Shown here: piece after piece, positions 16,393 through 25,390 of the stretch
Layout of the letters: each line of letters starts with the position of its first letter
How positions within the stretch are numbered: the first letter of the stretch is position 1
Notes under the pieces: model-generated
Database searches by the model: none
Seen by the model: only the letters and a program-made list of their open reading frames with translations
Told to the model about the DNA's origin: nothing
Assembly: GCA_037442305.1 (NCBI GenBank)
Contig: JBBIQN010000010.1
Location: forward strand, 394 to 64,393
DNA length: 64,000 nucleotides
Source: Candidatus Bipolaricaulota bacterium
Lineage (GTDB): Bacteria; Bipolaricaulota; Bipolaricaulia; Bipolaricaulales; Bipolaricaulaceae
Reading direction: 5' to 3'
Program-made: the position numbers and the translations under genes

Positions 16393-19014
16393 CTAGTCGG
16401 CAAGGTAGCGCTCCAGGCGCGCGCAGCGGGCGCGCAACGCCTGCGCCTCCTCCTCCGCTTTGCTTACCACGTCGGGAGCGGCCTTCTCCCGGAACTGGGG
16501 GTTCGCAAGCCGCGTCTCAAGTTTCCCGAGCTCGGCTCGGGCCTTCTCAAGATCCCGGCGCGTTCGCGCCCGCACCGCCTCCCAGTCCACGAGCTCGCCC
16601 ACGGGAAGGAAGAACGCGATCTCGCCCGCTACCCCCCGCGCTGCTCCGTGGGGCGGTCGGGCGCCTGGCTCGTGGCGGACCGAAGCCGCCCGGGCGAGGC
16701 GCTGGATGGCCGGAGCAAACGCCCTTGCCAGCTCTTCTCCTCCCGCAACGAGGACCAGGTCCACCTCCGCCCCTGCGAGGACTCCGACCTCGGCGCGGAC
16801 GGCCCGCACCTCGCGGATGAGGTCCATCAGCCGGCCGAGTTGCCCCTCCGCCTCCAGGTCTCGCCACTCCGGGCACGGCTCGGGGTAGGCGGCCCGGGAG
16901 AGGCTCCCCTTCTCTCCCATGTGGCCCCAGATCTCCTCGGTGAGAAACGGCATGATCGGATGGAGGAGTCGAACCACGAGGTCTAACGCCTCCCGCAGGA
17001 CAAGCTGGCAGGTGATCCTCTCCTCCCGATCGCCCCCTTGGAGCCGGAGCTTGGCAAGCTCCAGGTACCAGTCGCACAGCTCGTGCCACACCACGTGGTA
17101 GAGGGCGTCGGTTGCGAGGTGGAAGTTGTAGCGGTCAAGCTCCGTCCGGACCTTGTCCACGAGCCCGCTCAGCCGAGACAGAAGCCAACGGTCCTCGACA
17201 GAGAGAAGCCGACCCTCAAGGGAACCCCCCACCGGGAGGTCCTCCGTGTTGGTGAGGATGAACCGGGCCATGTTCCACAGCTTGTTTTCGAAGTTGCGCG
17301 CCTCATCGAGCTGGCGCTGCGAGAACCGTATCTCCCGACCCTTCGTCGAGCTCTGAGCCATTGTGAACCGGAGGGCGTCCATGCCGTGGCTTTCCTTGAC
17401 CTCGAGGGCGTCAATCATGTTCCCCCGGGACCGGCTCATCTTCTGGCCGCGCTCATCCACGATGAACGGGGTGATGAGGACCTCGCGGAACGGGACCTCC
17501 TCCATGAAGTGGAGGCCCATCATCGCCATTCGCGCCACCCAAAAAAAGAGGATGTCAAACGCCGTCACGAGAACCGAGGTCGGGTAGAACACTCGGAGCT
17601 CGACCGTCTTCTCCGGCCACCCCATGACCGAGAACGGCCACAGGGCGGACGAGAACCAGGTATCCAAGACATCCTCATCCTGGCGGAGGGGCACCTCGCG
17701 GCCGTAGCGTTCTCCGGCAAGCGTTCGCGCCTCGGCCTCGTCGAGGGCGATGAACGCCTCGCCATCCGGGCCGTACCAGGCGGGGATGCGGTGCCCCCAC
17801 CACAGCTGGCGGGACACGCACCAGTCGCGGATCCCTTCGAGCCAATCGAAGTACACTTTTGCCCAGCGGTCGGGGACGAACTGGATCCGGCCCGAGCGCA
17901 CGGCCTGGATCGCCGGCTCGGCCAAGGGGGTCATGCGCACGAACCACTGGGTGGAGATCTTCGGCTCGACCCGGGTCCGGCAGCGCTGGCAGTGCCCAAC
18001 GGCGTGGCGGTACGGGACGACCTTCTCGAGAAGCCCCTCCGCCTTGAGGCGCTTCACGATCTCCTCCCGGGCCGCGAACCGATCGAGTCCGGCGAACGGA
18101 CCTCCGTGGTCGTTGATCGTCCCGTCGGGGTTGAGAACGTCCATCGTCGGAAGCGTGTGTCGCTTCCCGATCTCCCGGTCCACGGGGTCGTGGCCAGGGG
18201 TGATTTTGAGAACACCTGTTCCGAACGCCGGGTCCACTTCGCGCGCTCCCACGATAGGAAGCCGCCGCCCGAGGAGGGGGAGGAGGGCCATTCGCCCGAT
18301 GAGGCCTCGGTGCCGCTCGTCATGGGGGTTCACGGCGACCCCGGTGTCCCCGAGCATCGTCTCCGGCCGGGTGGTGGCCACGGTGACGTGGCCGCCCTCC
18401 TCCAGGGGATAGCGGATGAAGTACAGGTGACCATCCGCCTCCTCGTGTTCGACCTCGACATCGGACAGGGCCGTCCCGCACCGAGGGCACCAGTGGACCA
18501 TGTACTCCCCGCGGTAGATGAGTCCCTCGCGGTGGAGGCGAACGAACGCCAGCGTCACCGCCCGGGACAGGCCTGGGTCGAGGGTGAACCTTTGCCGCGA
18601 CCAATCGCACGAGCAGCCTAAAACCTTGAGCTGGTCAACGATCTCGTTCCCGTACTTCTCCTTCCACGCCCACACCCGGCGCTCGAACTCCTCCCGGCCC
18701 ACGGCCTGGCGGGTGAGCCCCTCCCGGGCGAGGGCCCTCTCCACGACGTTCTGGGTGGCGATCCCGGCGTGGTCGGTCCCGGGGAACCAGCACGCCTCGT
18801 ACCCGTCCATCCGCTTGTAGCGGATGAGGAGGTCGTGCAGCGTGTACACGAGGTTGTGGCCGAGGTGAAGCCGGCCCGTGATGTTGGGGGGCGGGATGAC
18901 GATCGAGTACGGTGGCTTCCTGCTGTGCGGATCGCACCGCCAGGGGTCTGCCTTCTCCCAGCGGGCCAGGACGCGCGGTTCGACTTCGCTCGGGTCGTAG
19001 CGGGGGGGGAGCAT
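16393..19014 (-). CDS. valS: Valine--tRNA ligase
   Basis: PPPNITGRLHLGH, DWCVSRQLWWGH, KMSRS, C-terminal coiled coil. Confidence 0.97.
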   Translation of the reverse strand: MLPPRYDPSEVEPRVLARWEKADPWRCDPHSRKPPYSIVIPPPNITGRLHLGHNLVYTLHDLLIRYKRMDGYEACWFPGTDHAGIATQNVVERALAREGLTRQAVGREEFERRVWAWKEKYGNEIVDQLKVLGCSCDWSRQRFTLDPGLSRAVTLAFVRLHREGLIYRGEYMVHWCPRCGTALSDVEVEHEEADGHLYFIRYPLEEGGHVTVATTRPETMLGDTGVAVNPHDERHRGLIGRMALLPLLGRRLPIVGAREVDPAFGTGVLKITPGHDPVDREIGKRHTLPTMDVLNPDGTINDHGGPFAGLDRFAAREEIVKRLKAEGLLEKVVPYRHAVGHCQRCRTRVEPKISTQWFVRMTPLAEPAIQAVRSGRIQFVPDRWAKVYFDWLEGIRDWCVSRQLWWGHRIPAWYGPDGEAFIALDEAEARTLAGERYGREVPLRQDEDVLDTWFSSALWPFSVMGWPEKTVELRVFYPTSVLVTAFDILFFWVARMAMMGLHFMEEVPFREVLITPFIVDERGQKMSRSRGNMIDALEVKESHGMDALRFTMAQSSTKGREIRFSQRQLDEARNFENKLWNMARFILTNTEDLPVGGSLEGRLLSVEDRWLLSRLSGLVDKVRTELDRYNFHLATDALYHVVWHELCDWYLELAKLRLQGGDREERITCQLVLREALDLVVRLLHPIMPFLTEEIWGHMGEKGSLSRAAYPEPCPEWRDLEAEGQLGRLMDLIREVRAVRAEVGVLAGAEVDLVLVAGGEELARAFAPAIQRLARAASVRHEPGARPPHGAARGVAGEIAFFLPVGELVDWEAVRARTRRDLEKARAELGKLETRLANPQFREKAAPDVVSKAEEEAQALRARCARLERYLAD

Positions 19015-19015
19015 C

Positions 19016-19465
19016 CTACCCTCCGAGCCAGGCCGCGTCGGTCAAGCGGTAGTCCAGGATCTCCTCGGGGGCGAAGAAGAGGGGGATCTCGCGGGCCGCA
19101 GAGGCCGGGGAGTCCGAGCCGTGGACGAGGTTCATCCCGACGGATAGGCCGTAGTCCCCGCGGATCGTGCCCGGGGCGGCGTCGAAGGGGTTCGTCTTAC
19201 CCATCAGCCCCCGCACGGCCTCGATCGCCCGCGGCCCCCCGATGACGAGGGCGACCACAGGAGCGGAGGTGATGAACGACACAAGATCCTCGTAGAAGGG
19301 CTTCCCCACGTGTTCGGCGTAGTGGCGCGCCGCGACTTCGCGCGTCACCTGGACAAGCTTCACCCCCACGATCTTGAGGCCCTTGGCCTCGAACCGAGCG
19401 ATGATCTGGCCCGCCAAGCGCCGCTGGAGCGCATCCGGTTTCAAGAGCACAAGCGTCCGTTCCAT
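19016..19465 (-). CDS. ndk: Nucleoside-diphosphate kinase
   Basis: [25 protein letters not shown]. Confidence 0.98.
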   Translation of the reverse strand: MERTLVLLKPDALQRRLAGQIIARFEAKGLKIVGVKLVQVTREVAARHYAEHVGKPFYEDLVSFITSAPVVALVIGGPRAIEAVRGLMGKTNPFDAAPGTIRGDYGLSVGMNLVHGSDSPASAAREIPLFFAPEEILDYRLTDAAWLGG

Positions 19466-19569
19466 CGTCCCTCCTCGCGGTGGGCTTCCCCCGAGCGAAT
19501 ACCCGAAGTGTACCCTAACGTTCAGGGAATTGGCCCCTCACGCCGAAAGAGGATACCCTACCCGACGGG

Positions 19570-20760
19570 ATGGCGATGGAAGAAAGGAAAGAGAGGAAAC
19601 GGCTGACGACCGCTGAATCCGTGATCGAGGGGCACCCCGACAAGCTTGCGGACCGGATTTCCGACGCCGTCCTTGACGCCGTGCTTTCCCAAGACCCCCA
19701 GGGGCGGGTGGCGTGCGAGACGTTCGTGACCCAAGGGCTGATCCTCGTCGGGGGAGAGGTCACGGCAAGCGCCCAGTTCGACGTGGGCCAAAGCGCCCGC
19801 CGCGTGATCCGTGAGGTGGGCTACGTGAAGCCCGAGTACGGCCTCTCCTTTGACGCCTGTGCGGTAGCCAATCTCATCCGGCAGCAGTCCCCCGACATTG
19901 CCCAGGCCGTGCTGCGGCGCGGGGAGAGGGAAAAGTACGACCAGGTGGGAGCCGGCGACCAGGGAATCATGTTCGGGTACGCGACGGATGAGACCCCAGA
20001 GAGGACGCCGCTTCCGATCGTACTCGCCCACAAGTTAGCTCGGCGGCTGGCCGAGGTCCGCAAGGACGGGTCCCTTGTCTACCTTCGTCCTGACGGCAAA
20101 ACCCAGGTCACCGTGGAGTACGAGGACAGACGCCCAATCCGCGTCCACGCCGTGCTCCTTGCCGCCCAGCACTCCGAAGACGTCGCACCGGAAACGGTGG
20201 AGGAGGACCTCAAGAAGCTCGTGGTCGAGCCGGTGCTCGATGGCTGGCTCGACGAGGAAACGAACGTGTACGTGAACACGTCGGGACGGTTCGTCATCGG
20301 CGGGCCTGCCTCGGATACGGGGATGACGGGGCGGAAGATCGCGGTCGACACCTACGGCGGGTACGGCTCCCACGGCGGGGGCGCGTTCTCGGGGAAAGAC
20401 CCAACAAAGGTCGATCGTTCCGGAGCGTACATGGCCCGCTACGCGGCGGTGAACATCGTCGCGGCTGGCCTTGCTGGGGCATGCGAGGTCCAAGTGGCCT
20501 ACGCGATTGGGCGGTCGCAGCCCCTCGCCCTGAACGTGACCCCGCTTGGAAAGAGCGCCGCGCCCCCCAGGGCGCTGACGAACGCGGTGACCGAAGTGTT
20601 CGACTTCCGCCCGGCAGCGATCATCGAGGCCCTCGATCTCCGCCGACCGATCTACGAGCCCTACTCCTGCTACGGCCACTTCGGCCGCCTCGACCTTTCC
20701 CCGACCTGGGAGAGGGCGGACCGGGTGAAGGCCCTCCGGGCCGCGGCCGGGGCCGGCTGA
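19570..20760 (+). CDS. metK: S-adenosylmethionine synthetase
   Basis: GHPDK, GAGDQG, GGGAFSGKD. Confidence 0.98.
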   Translation: MAMEERKERKRLTTAESVIEGHPDKLADRISDAVLDAVLSQDPQGRVACETFVTQGLILVGGEVTASAQFDVGQSARRVIREVGYVKPEYGLSFDACAVANLIRQQSPDIAQAVLRRGEREKYDQVGAGDQGIMFGYATDETPERTPLPIVLAHKLARRLAEVRKDGSLVYLRPDGKTQVTVEYEDRRPIRVHAVLLAAQHSEDVAPETVEEDLKKLVVEPVLDGWLDEETNVYVNTSGRFVIGGPASDTGMTGRKIAVDTYGGYGSHGGGAFSGKDPTKVDRSGAYMARYAAVNIVAAGLAGACEVQVAYAIGRSQPLALNVTPLGKSAAPPRALTNAVTEVFDFRPAAIIEALDLRRPIYEPYSCYGHFGRLDLSPTWERADRVKALRAAAGAG

Positions 20761-20779
20761 ACGAGGGGAGCGCAGGCCC

Positions 20780-22003
20780 ATGAGGGTCATCGCCGACCTC
20801 CACCTCCACTCCCGCCACTCGCGGGCGACAAGCCCGGACATGAACCTCCCCGGCCTCGCCCGATGGGCCAGACTCAAGGGACTCGACCTCCTCGGCACAG
20901 GCGACTTCACCCACCCTGAGTGGTTTGCCCACCTTGCGGCGCACCTTGTCCCCATGGACGAGGGGGTCTACACGTACGCCGGGGCACGGTTCGCCTACAC
21001 GGCCGAGGTGGCAGCGATCTGGTCGCACGAGGGCCGGGTGCGGCGGGTGCACTTCCTTCTCCTCGCCCCCAACGCCGAAGGAGCCTCCCGCATCAACGGG
21101 GAACTCGCGAAGATCGGGAACCTTGCGGCCGACGGACGCCCCCAGCTGGGAACAACTGGTCAGCGCCTCGTGGAAGCCGTGCGCGCCGCCTCACCCGAGG
21201 CGGAGATTCTCCCCGCCCATGCCTGGACCCCGTGGTACTCGATCTTTGGATCCCAATCGGGGTTCGATTCCTTACCGGAAGCGCTGGAAGGAGCGGCCAA
21301 GCACGTGGCCGCAATTGAGACCGGGCTTTCCTCCGATCCCCCCATGAACTGGCGCCTCTCGGCCCTGGACCCGTTGGCCCTCGTGTCGTTCTCGGACGCG
21401 CATTCCCCGTCTCGCCTCGGCCGGGAGGCGTCGGCATTTGACCTCCCGGAGATCTCGTACCCCGCTTTGGTTTCTGCCCTCCGCAACCGAGGGCAGTTCC
21501 TGTTCACGATCGAGTTCTTCCCCGAGGAGGGGAAGTACCACTACGACGGGCACCGGGAATGCGGGGTCTCCTTCGCGCCACGGGAGACAAGGGCCTGCCA
21601 GGGTAGATGCCCGGCCTGCGGCCGTTCCGTCACCGTGGGCGTCCTCCACCGCGTGGAAGACCTCGCCGACCGTCCCACAGGGTACCGGCACTCGAACGCA
21701 GTCCCCTACCGCTCCCTTGTCCCCCTCGTGGAGATCCTCTCCCAGGCCCTCGGCCTGGGTGCAGCCACCCGCGGGGTGGAGGCGGAATACGAGCGGCTCG
21801 TTCGCCAGTTCGGGAGCGAGTTCCGGATCCTCCTTGACCTCCCCATGGAAGAACTCAGTCGCAAGCTCCCTCCGCGCGTTGCGGAGGCGCTGGCCAAGGT
21901 CCGCACGGGGGATCTTGCCGTCGAGCCCGGGTACGATGGCCAGTATGGAACGGTCCGAATTCCCCTTGCTACCCAGGAGGAGGAGCAGCCGCTGTTCGCC
22001 TGA
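20780..22003 (+). CDS. Endonuclease Q family protein (PHP domain plus Zn finger)
   Basis: DLHLHSRHSRATS, GTGDFTHP, SDAHS, GKYHYDGHREC, CPACG, PGYDG. Confidence 0.88.
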   Translation: MRVIADLHLHSRHSRATSPDMNLPGLARWARLKGLDLLGTGDFTHPEWFAHLAAHLVPMDEGVYTYAGARFAYTAEVAAIWSHEGRVRRVHFLLLAPNAEGASRINGELAKIGNLAADGRPQLGTTGQRLVEAVRAASPEAEILPAHAWTPWYSIFGSQSGFDSLPEALEGAAKHVAAIETGLSSDPPMNWRLSALDPLALVSFSDAHSPSRLGREASAFDLPEISYPALVSALRNRGQFLFTIEFFPEEGKYHYDGHRECGVSFAPRETRACQGRCPACGRSVTVGVLHRVEDLADRPTGYRHSNAVPYRSLVPLVEILSQALGLGAATRGVEAEYERLVRQFGSEFRILLDLPMEELSRKLPPRVAEALAKVRTGDLAVEPGYDGQYGTVRIPLATQEEEQPLFA

Positions 22004-22004
22004 C

Positions 22005-23141
22005 ATGAAACCCCTTCACGGGATGCGCGTGCTGGACCTTTCGCGGATCCTCGCCGGCCCGCTCGCGGCGATGTGGATGGCCGACCTCGGAGCCGAGGTG
22101 ATCAAGGTCGAGCGGCCGGAAAGCGGCGACGAGACCCGACGCTGGGGGCCACCGTTCGTGGGAGGGGAGTCGGCGTACTTCCTCTCCGTGAACCGGGGGA
22201 AGCTCGGGATCGCCCTCGACCTCTCCTCCGACCGGGAAGTCCTCCGCAGGCTGATCGAGAAGAGCGACGTCCTCGTTCACAACTTCCTCCCCGAGACCGC
22301 GGCCAAGCTCGGGCTCGGCTACCCAGAACTCCGCACCCTCAACCCGCGCCTTGTGCACACGGCGGTGGCTGGATTCCCTCCCGGTCCGTACCGGGACGAG
22401 CCCGGGTTTGACGCCCTCATCCAGGCCCTGGGTGGCCTGATGGCGATCACCGGGGACGGGGAGACGTCGGTCAAGGTGGGGGTGGCGATCGTGGACGTCC
22501 TCACCGCGTGGGCGGCGCTCGCCGGGACCCTGGGGGCCCTTCTCGTGCGGGAACGCACCGGAGAGGGAGGGGAGGTGGAGGCAACCCTGGTCGAGTGCTC
22601 AGCCGGGGCACTGGCCAACGTCGCCCAAGCGTTCCTGCTCACAAAGACGGAACCCCGGCGTCTTGGGACCGCCCACCCCCACATCGTCCCCTACCAGGCG
22701 TTCCCGACCCACGATGGCCTCCTCATGGTCGCCGTGGGCACGGATGGCCAATACCGAGCCCTCTGCTCCGCGGTGGGCCGGCCCGATCTTGCTACGGACC
22801 CCCGGTTCGCCACGAACCCCGAGCGGGTGAGGAACCGAGAGATCCTGGTGGGAGTCCTCACCGACGTCCTCCGCGCCAGGCCGCGGGAGGAGTGGACCAC
22901 GGTTCTGAAGGAAGCAGGGGTCCCCGCTGGTCCCGTGAACGCGCTGGGCGACCTGTTTGGCACCCCGGGCTTTGTCGGCCGGATCCTCGTTGAGGTCGAG
23001 CACCCGACCGCCGGGCGCTACACGAGCGTCGCCTGCCCCCTTCCCCAGGCATGGCCGCCGAGCCCGCTCCCTCCTCCTCGGTTGGGAGAACACACGGCTG
23101 AGGTCCTGGCCAAGCTGGGGGCCCCAGGAGGGGAACCCTGA
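22005..23141 (+). CDS. CaiB/BaiF family III CoA-transferase
   Basis: VLDLSRILAGP, DLGAEVIKVE, NRGK. Confidence 0.93.
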   Translation: MKPLHGMRVLDLSRILAGPLAAMWMADLGAEVIKVERPESGDETRRWGPPFVGGESAYFLSVNRGKLGIALDLSSDREVLRRLIEKSDVLVHNFLPETAAKLGLGYPELRTLNPRLVHTAVAGFPPGPYRDEPGFDALIQALGGLMAITGDGETSVKVGVAIVDVLTAWAALAGTLGALLVRERTGEGGEVEATLVECSAGALANVAQAFLLTKTEPRRLGTAHPHIVPYQAFPTHDGLLMVAVGTDGQYRALCSAVGRPDLATDPRFATNPERVRNREILVGVLTDVLRARPREEWTTVLKEAGVPAGPVNALGDLFGTPGFVGRILVEVEHPTAGRYTSVACPLPQAWPPSPLPPPRLGEHTAEVLAKLGAPGGEP

Positions 23142-23161
23142 GAGAACCCGATCCGGCGCGG

Positions 23162-24301
23162 ATGCGAGACCTTTTCCTCCTCCGCCCCAACGTGGTCTTT
23201 CTCAACCATGGATCGTTCGGGGCGTGCCCCCGACCGGTGTTTGCCGCCTACCAGCGCTGGCAGGAGGAGCTGGAGAGGGAGCCGGTGGAGTTCCTCGACC
23301 GGAGGTTCGACGCCCTGCTGGCCGAGGCTCGGGGCGCGTTGGGCGAGTTCCTGTCCGCCGACCCCCTCGACCTCGTCTTCGTGCCCAACGCGACCACGGC
23401 AATGAACACCGTCGCCCGGTCTCTGCACCTTACGCTGGGGGACGAAGTCCTGTCCACCGACCACGAGTACGGGGCCGTGGATCGGATGTGGCGCCTCGTG
23501 TGCGCGGAGCGGGGTGCGACCTACGTCCGCGCCGAAGTGCCCGTGCCGCTCGCGCCCGCAGATGAAGTTGCCGAGCGGATCTGGGCCCGGGTGAGTCCCC
23601 GCACGAGGGTCCTCACTCTCTCCCACATCACCTCGCCGACTGCGATGAGGCTGCCGGTGGAAGAGCTCGTGGGGCGGGCGCGGGAGCGGGGCATCATTAC
23701 GGTGATTGATGGGGCCCATGCCCCGGGCCAGATCCCCCTCAACCTTGGCACGTTGGGAGCGGACTTTTACGCCGGGAACTGCCACAAGTGGATGATGGCC
23801 CCCAAGGGAGCGGGGTTCCTGTGGGCCCGGCACGAGGCGCAGCGGCGCCTCAAGCCTCTCGTGATCTCCTGGGGCGGCGAGGGTTCCAAGGGGCCTGGGT
23901 CATCTCCCTTCCTCGACGACCACGAGTGGCAGGGAACGCGGGACATCGCGGCGTTCCTTACCGTGCCCGCGGCGATCCAGTTCATGGACGAGCACGGCTG
24001 GGACTCGGTGCGTGAGCGGTGCCGGGCGCTCCTTGAGGGGTTCGCCCGCCGGGTCGAGGAGCTCGGCCTGGAGCCCGCGAGCGCGGGGCCCCATCCGTGG
24101 CCCGTCCAGATGCGGGCGTTCCTACTGCCCCCCTGCGACGGCCGGGAGCTCCAGCGGCGCCTCTTCGCGGGCGCGCGGATCGAGGTGCCGGTGATCCAGT
24201 GGAACGGCCGCTCCCTTCTCCGCGTCTCCGTGCAGGGCTACACCACTCCCCAAGATCTCGACGCGCTGGCAAGCGCCTTGACAAGGGAAATCCGAACCTA
24301 G
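23162..24301 (+). CDS. Class V PLP enzyme (isopenicillin N epimerase / cysteine lyase-like)
   Basis: FLNHGSFGACP, IDGAHAPG, GNCHKW, QGTRD. Confidence 0.88.
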   Translation: MRDLFLLRPNVVFLNHGSFGACPRPVFAAYQRWQEELEREPVEFLDRRFDALLAEARGALGEFLSADPLDLVFVPNATTAMNTVARSLHLTLGDEVLSTDHEYGAVDRMWRLVCAERGATYVRAEVPVPLAPADEVAERIWARVSPRTRVLTLSHITSPTAMRLPVEELVGRARERGIITVIDGAHAPGQIPLNLGTLGADFYAGNCHKWMMAPKGAGFLWARHEAQRRLKPLVISWGGEGSKGPGSSPFLDDHEWQGTRDIAAFLTVPAAIQFMDEHGWDSVRERCRALLEGFARRVEELGLEPASAGPHPWPVQMRAFLLPPCDGRELQRRLFAGARIEVPVIQWNGRSLLRVSVQGYTTPQDLDALASALTREIRT

Positions 24302-24307
24302 CAAGCC

Positions 24308-24383
24308 TGGTGGAGATGAGCGGATTCGAACCGCCGGCCTCCGCGTTGCGAACGCGGCGCTCTCCCAACTGAGCTACATCCCC
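24308..24383 (-). tRNA. tRNA-Ala(CGC)
   Basis: Cloverleaf with G3:U70; CCA encoded. Confidence 0.96.
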
Positions 24384-24385
24384 TG

Positions 24386-24459
24386 TGGCGGCGCAGGGAG
24401 TCGAACCCTGAACCTCGCGGTTATGGGCCGCGCGCTCTTGCCGGTTGAGCTACACCGCC
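24386..24459 (-). tRNA. tRNA-Met(CAT), elongator type; C33; no encoded CCA
   Basis: GGCGGTG acceptor stem; anticodon arm CGCGG-CCCATAA-CCGCG. Confidence 0.85.
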
Positions 24460-24505
24460 AACAACCCCCACGGGACCTCGCGGCCCCGCGCGGATCCCCC
24501 CCCTC

Positions 24506-24582
24506 TGGTTGCGGGGGCTGGACTTGAACCAGCAACCTCCGGGTTATGAGCCCGGCGAGCTGCCTAATTGCTCCACCCCGCT
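24506..24582 (-). tRNA. tRNA-fMet(CAT), initiator
   Basis: A1:A72 mismatch; three G-C pairs in the anticodon stem; CCA encoded. Confidence 0.93.
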
Positions 24583-24584
24583 TG

Positions 24585-24668
24585 TGCCGAGGGCGGGATT
24601 TGAACCCGCACGAGCGTTCGCTCTGGGGATTTTAAGTCCCCTGCGTCTGCCAGTTTCGCCACCTCGGC
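24585..24668 (-). tRNA. tRNA-Leu(TAA); no encoded CCA
   Basis: GGGGA-CTTAAAA-TCCCC anticodon arm; long variable arm. Confidence 0.95.
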
Positions 24669-24674
24669 ACTGCT

Positions 24675-24750
24675 TGGAGCGGGAAACGGGATTCGATCCC
24701 GCGACCTCCACCTTGGCAAGGTGGCGCTCTACCAACTGAGCTATTCCCGC
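24675..24750 (-). tRNA. tRNA-Gly(GCC), with A54
   Basis: GCGGGAA acceptor stem, TTGCCAA loop, U73-CCA. Confidence 0.94.
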
Positions 24751-24761
24751 TTGACCCTTCG

Positions 24762-24767
24762 ATTATA
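24762..24767 (-). promoter_or_regulatory. Internal -10 box (TATAAT) upstream of tRNA-Gly
   Basis: Perfect TATAAT 11 nt upstream of the tRNA 5' end; weak -35. Confidence 0.5.
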
Positions 24768-24792
24768 CGGGCGAATGCGCGTCGGACCACCC

Positions 24793-24877
24793 TGGTGCGA
24801 AGGGCGGGACTCGAACCCGCACGCCTTGCGGCACTGGCTCCTAAGGCCAGCGCGTCTGCCAGTTCCGCCACCTTCGC
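24793..24877 (-). tRNA. tRNA-Leu(TAG)
   Basis: CTGGC-CTTAGGA-GCCAG anticodon arm; long variable arm; CCA encoded. Confidence 0.96.
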
Positions 24878-24885
24878 CTGCCGTG

Positions 24886-24914
24886 GTTCTAGCTCCGCCC
24901 CGCCGGCCCGTCAA
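24886..24914 (-). promoter_or_regulatory. sigma70 promoter of the tRNA cluster
   Basis: TTGACG-17 nt-TAGAAC, overlapping the 3' end of the PPC gene. Confidence 0.65.
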
Positions 24915-25329
24915 GCCCGGCCGTTTCGGGGTACAGGCCGAGGAGTCCGCTTGGGTCGCGCCGTCGAGCCAGGCGAACGCCGGACAGCCGGAGGAACAGG
25001 ATCTCCGCGGTGTTGTGGACGGTCGCCGACAGGAGATGGCCCCCGATCGCCTCCCCTCCCTCCTTCCCCGCGACGAGGTGGGCATGGAGCACCGGCTTCC
25101 CGTCCTCGTCCCCGAGGTTCCCTTGGAGCGAGAGAAGCTCCACCGGTTCCGCGATCCTTTCCTCGACGTACTTCTCCCCGTCCCAGTACCCGAGCACGAG
25201 GTCCCGCAGCATCCCGATCCCCGCCACCAGGCCCGCGGCCGTGACACCAAGACCGAGCAGGGCATCGGGAAGGCGTTCGCCATCCCTGCATCGCACTACG
25301 ATCGTCGTCCCTGAATCCGCACGGAACAT
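24889..25329 (-). CDS. PPC-domain (DUF296) protein
   Basis: GIG..R...LGY, ELLSLQGN, HAHLV, GGHL. Confidence 0.85.
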   Translation of the reverse strand: MFRADSGTTIVVRCRDGERLPDALLGLGVTAAGLVAGIGMLRDLVLGYWDGEKYVEERIAEPVELLSLQGNLGDEDGKPVLHAHLVAGKEGGEAIGGHLLSATVHNTAEILFLRLSGVRLARRRDPSGLLGLYPETAGLDGPAGRS

Positions 25330-25390
25330 GTCCCTCCTTCTATGCGCCGGCTCTTGCCCCCCCGACCAGGCGCACCTATCCTTCCCCGTC

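Noticed and set aside
17038-18621. 527-aa + ORF, and similar long antisense ORFs over secY, rpoC, atpA and atpD
   Set aside because: Shadows opposite well-conserved genes.
19466-19569. SAM riboswitch upstream of metK
   Set aside because: Short divergent promoter region with no SAM-I/II/III consensus visible.
24461-24505. Hairpin between tRNA-fMet and tRNA-Met as an ncRNA or terminator
   Set aside because: Short GC hairpin without a U-tract; ordinary spacer.
24308-24877. Integrated element at the tRNA cluster
   Set aside because: No integrase, att duplication or composition shift seen.
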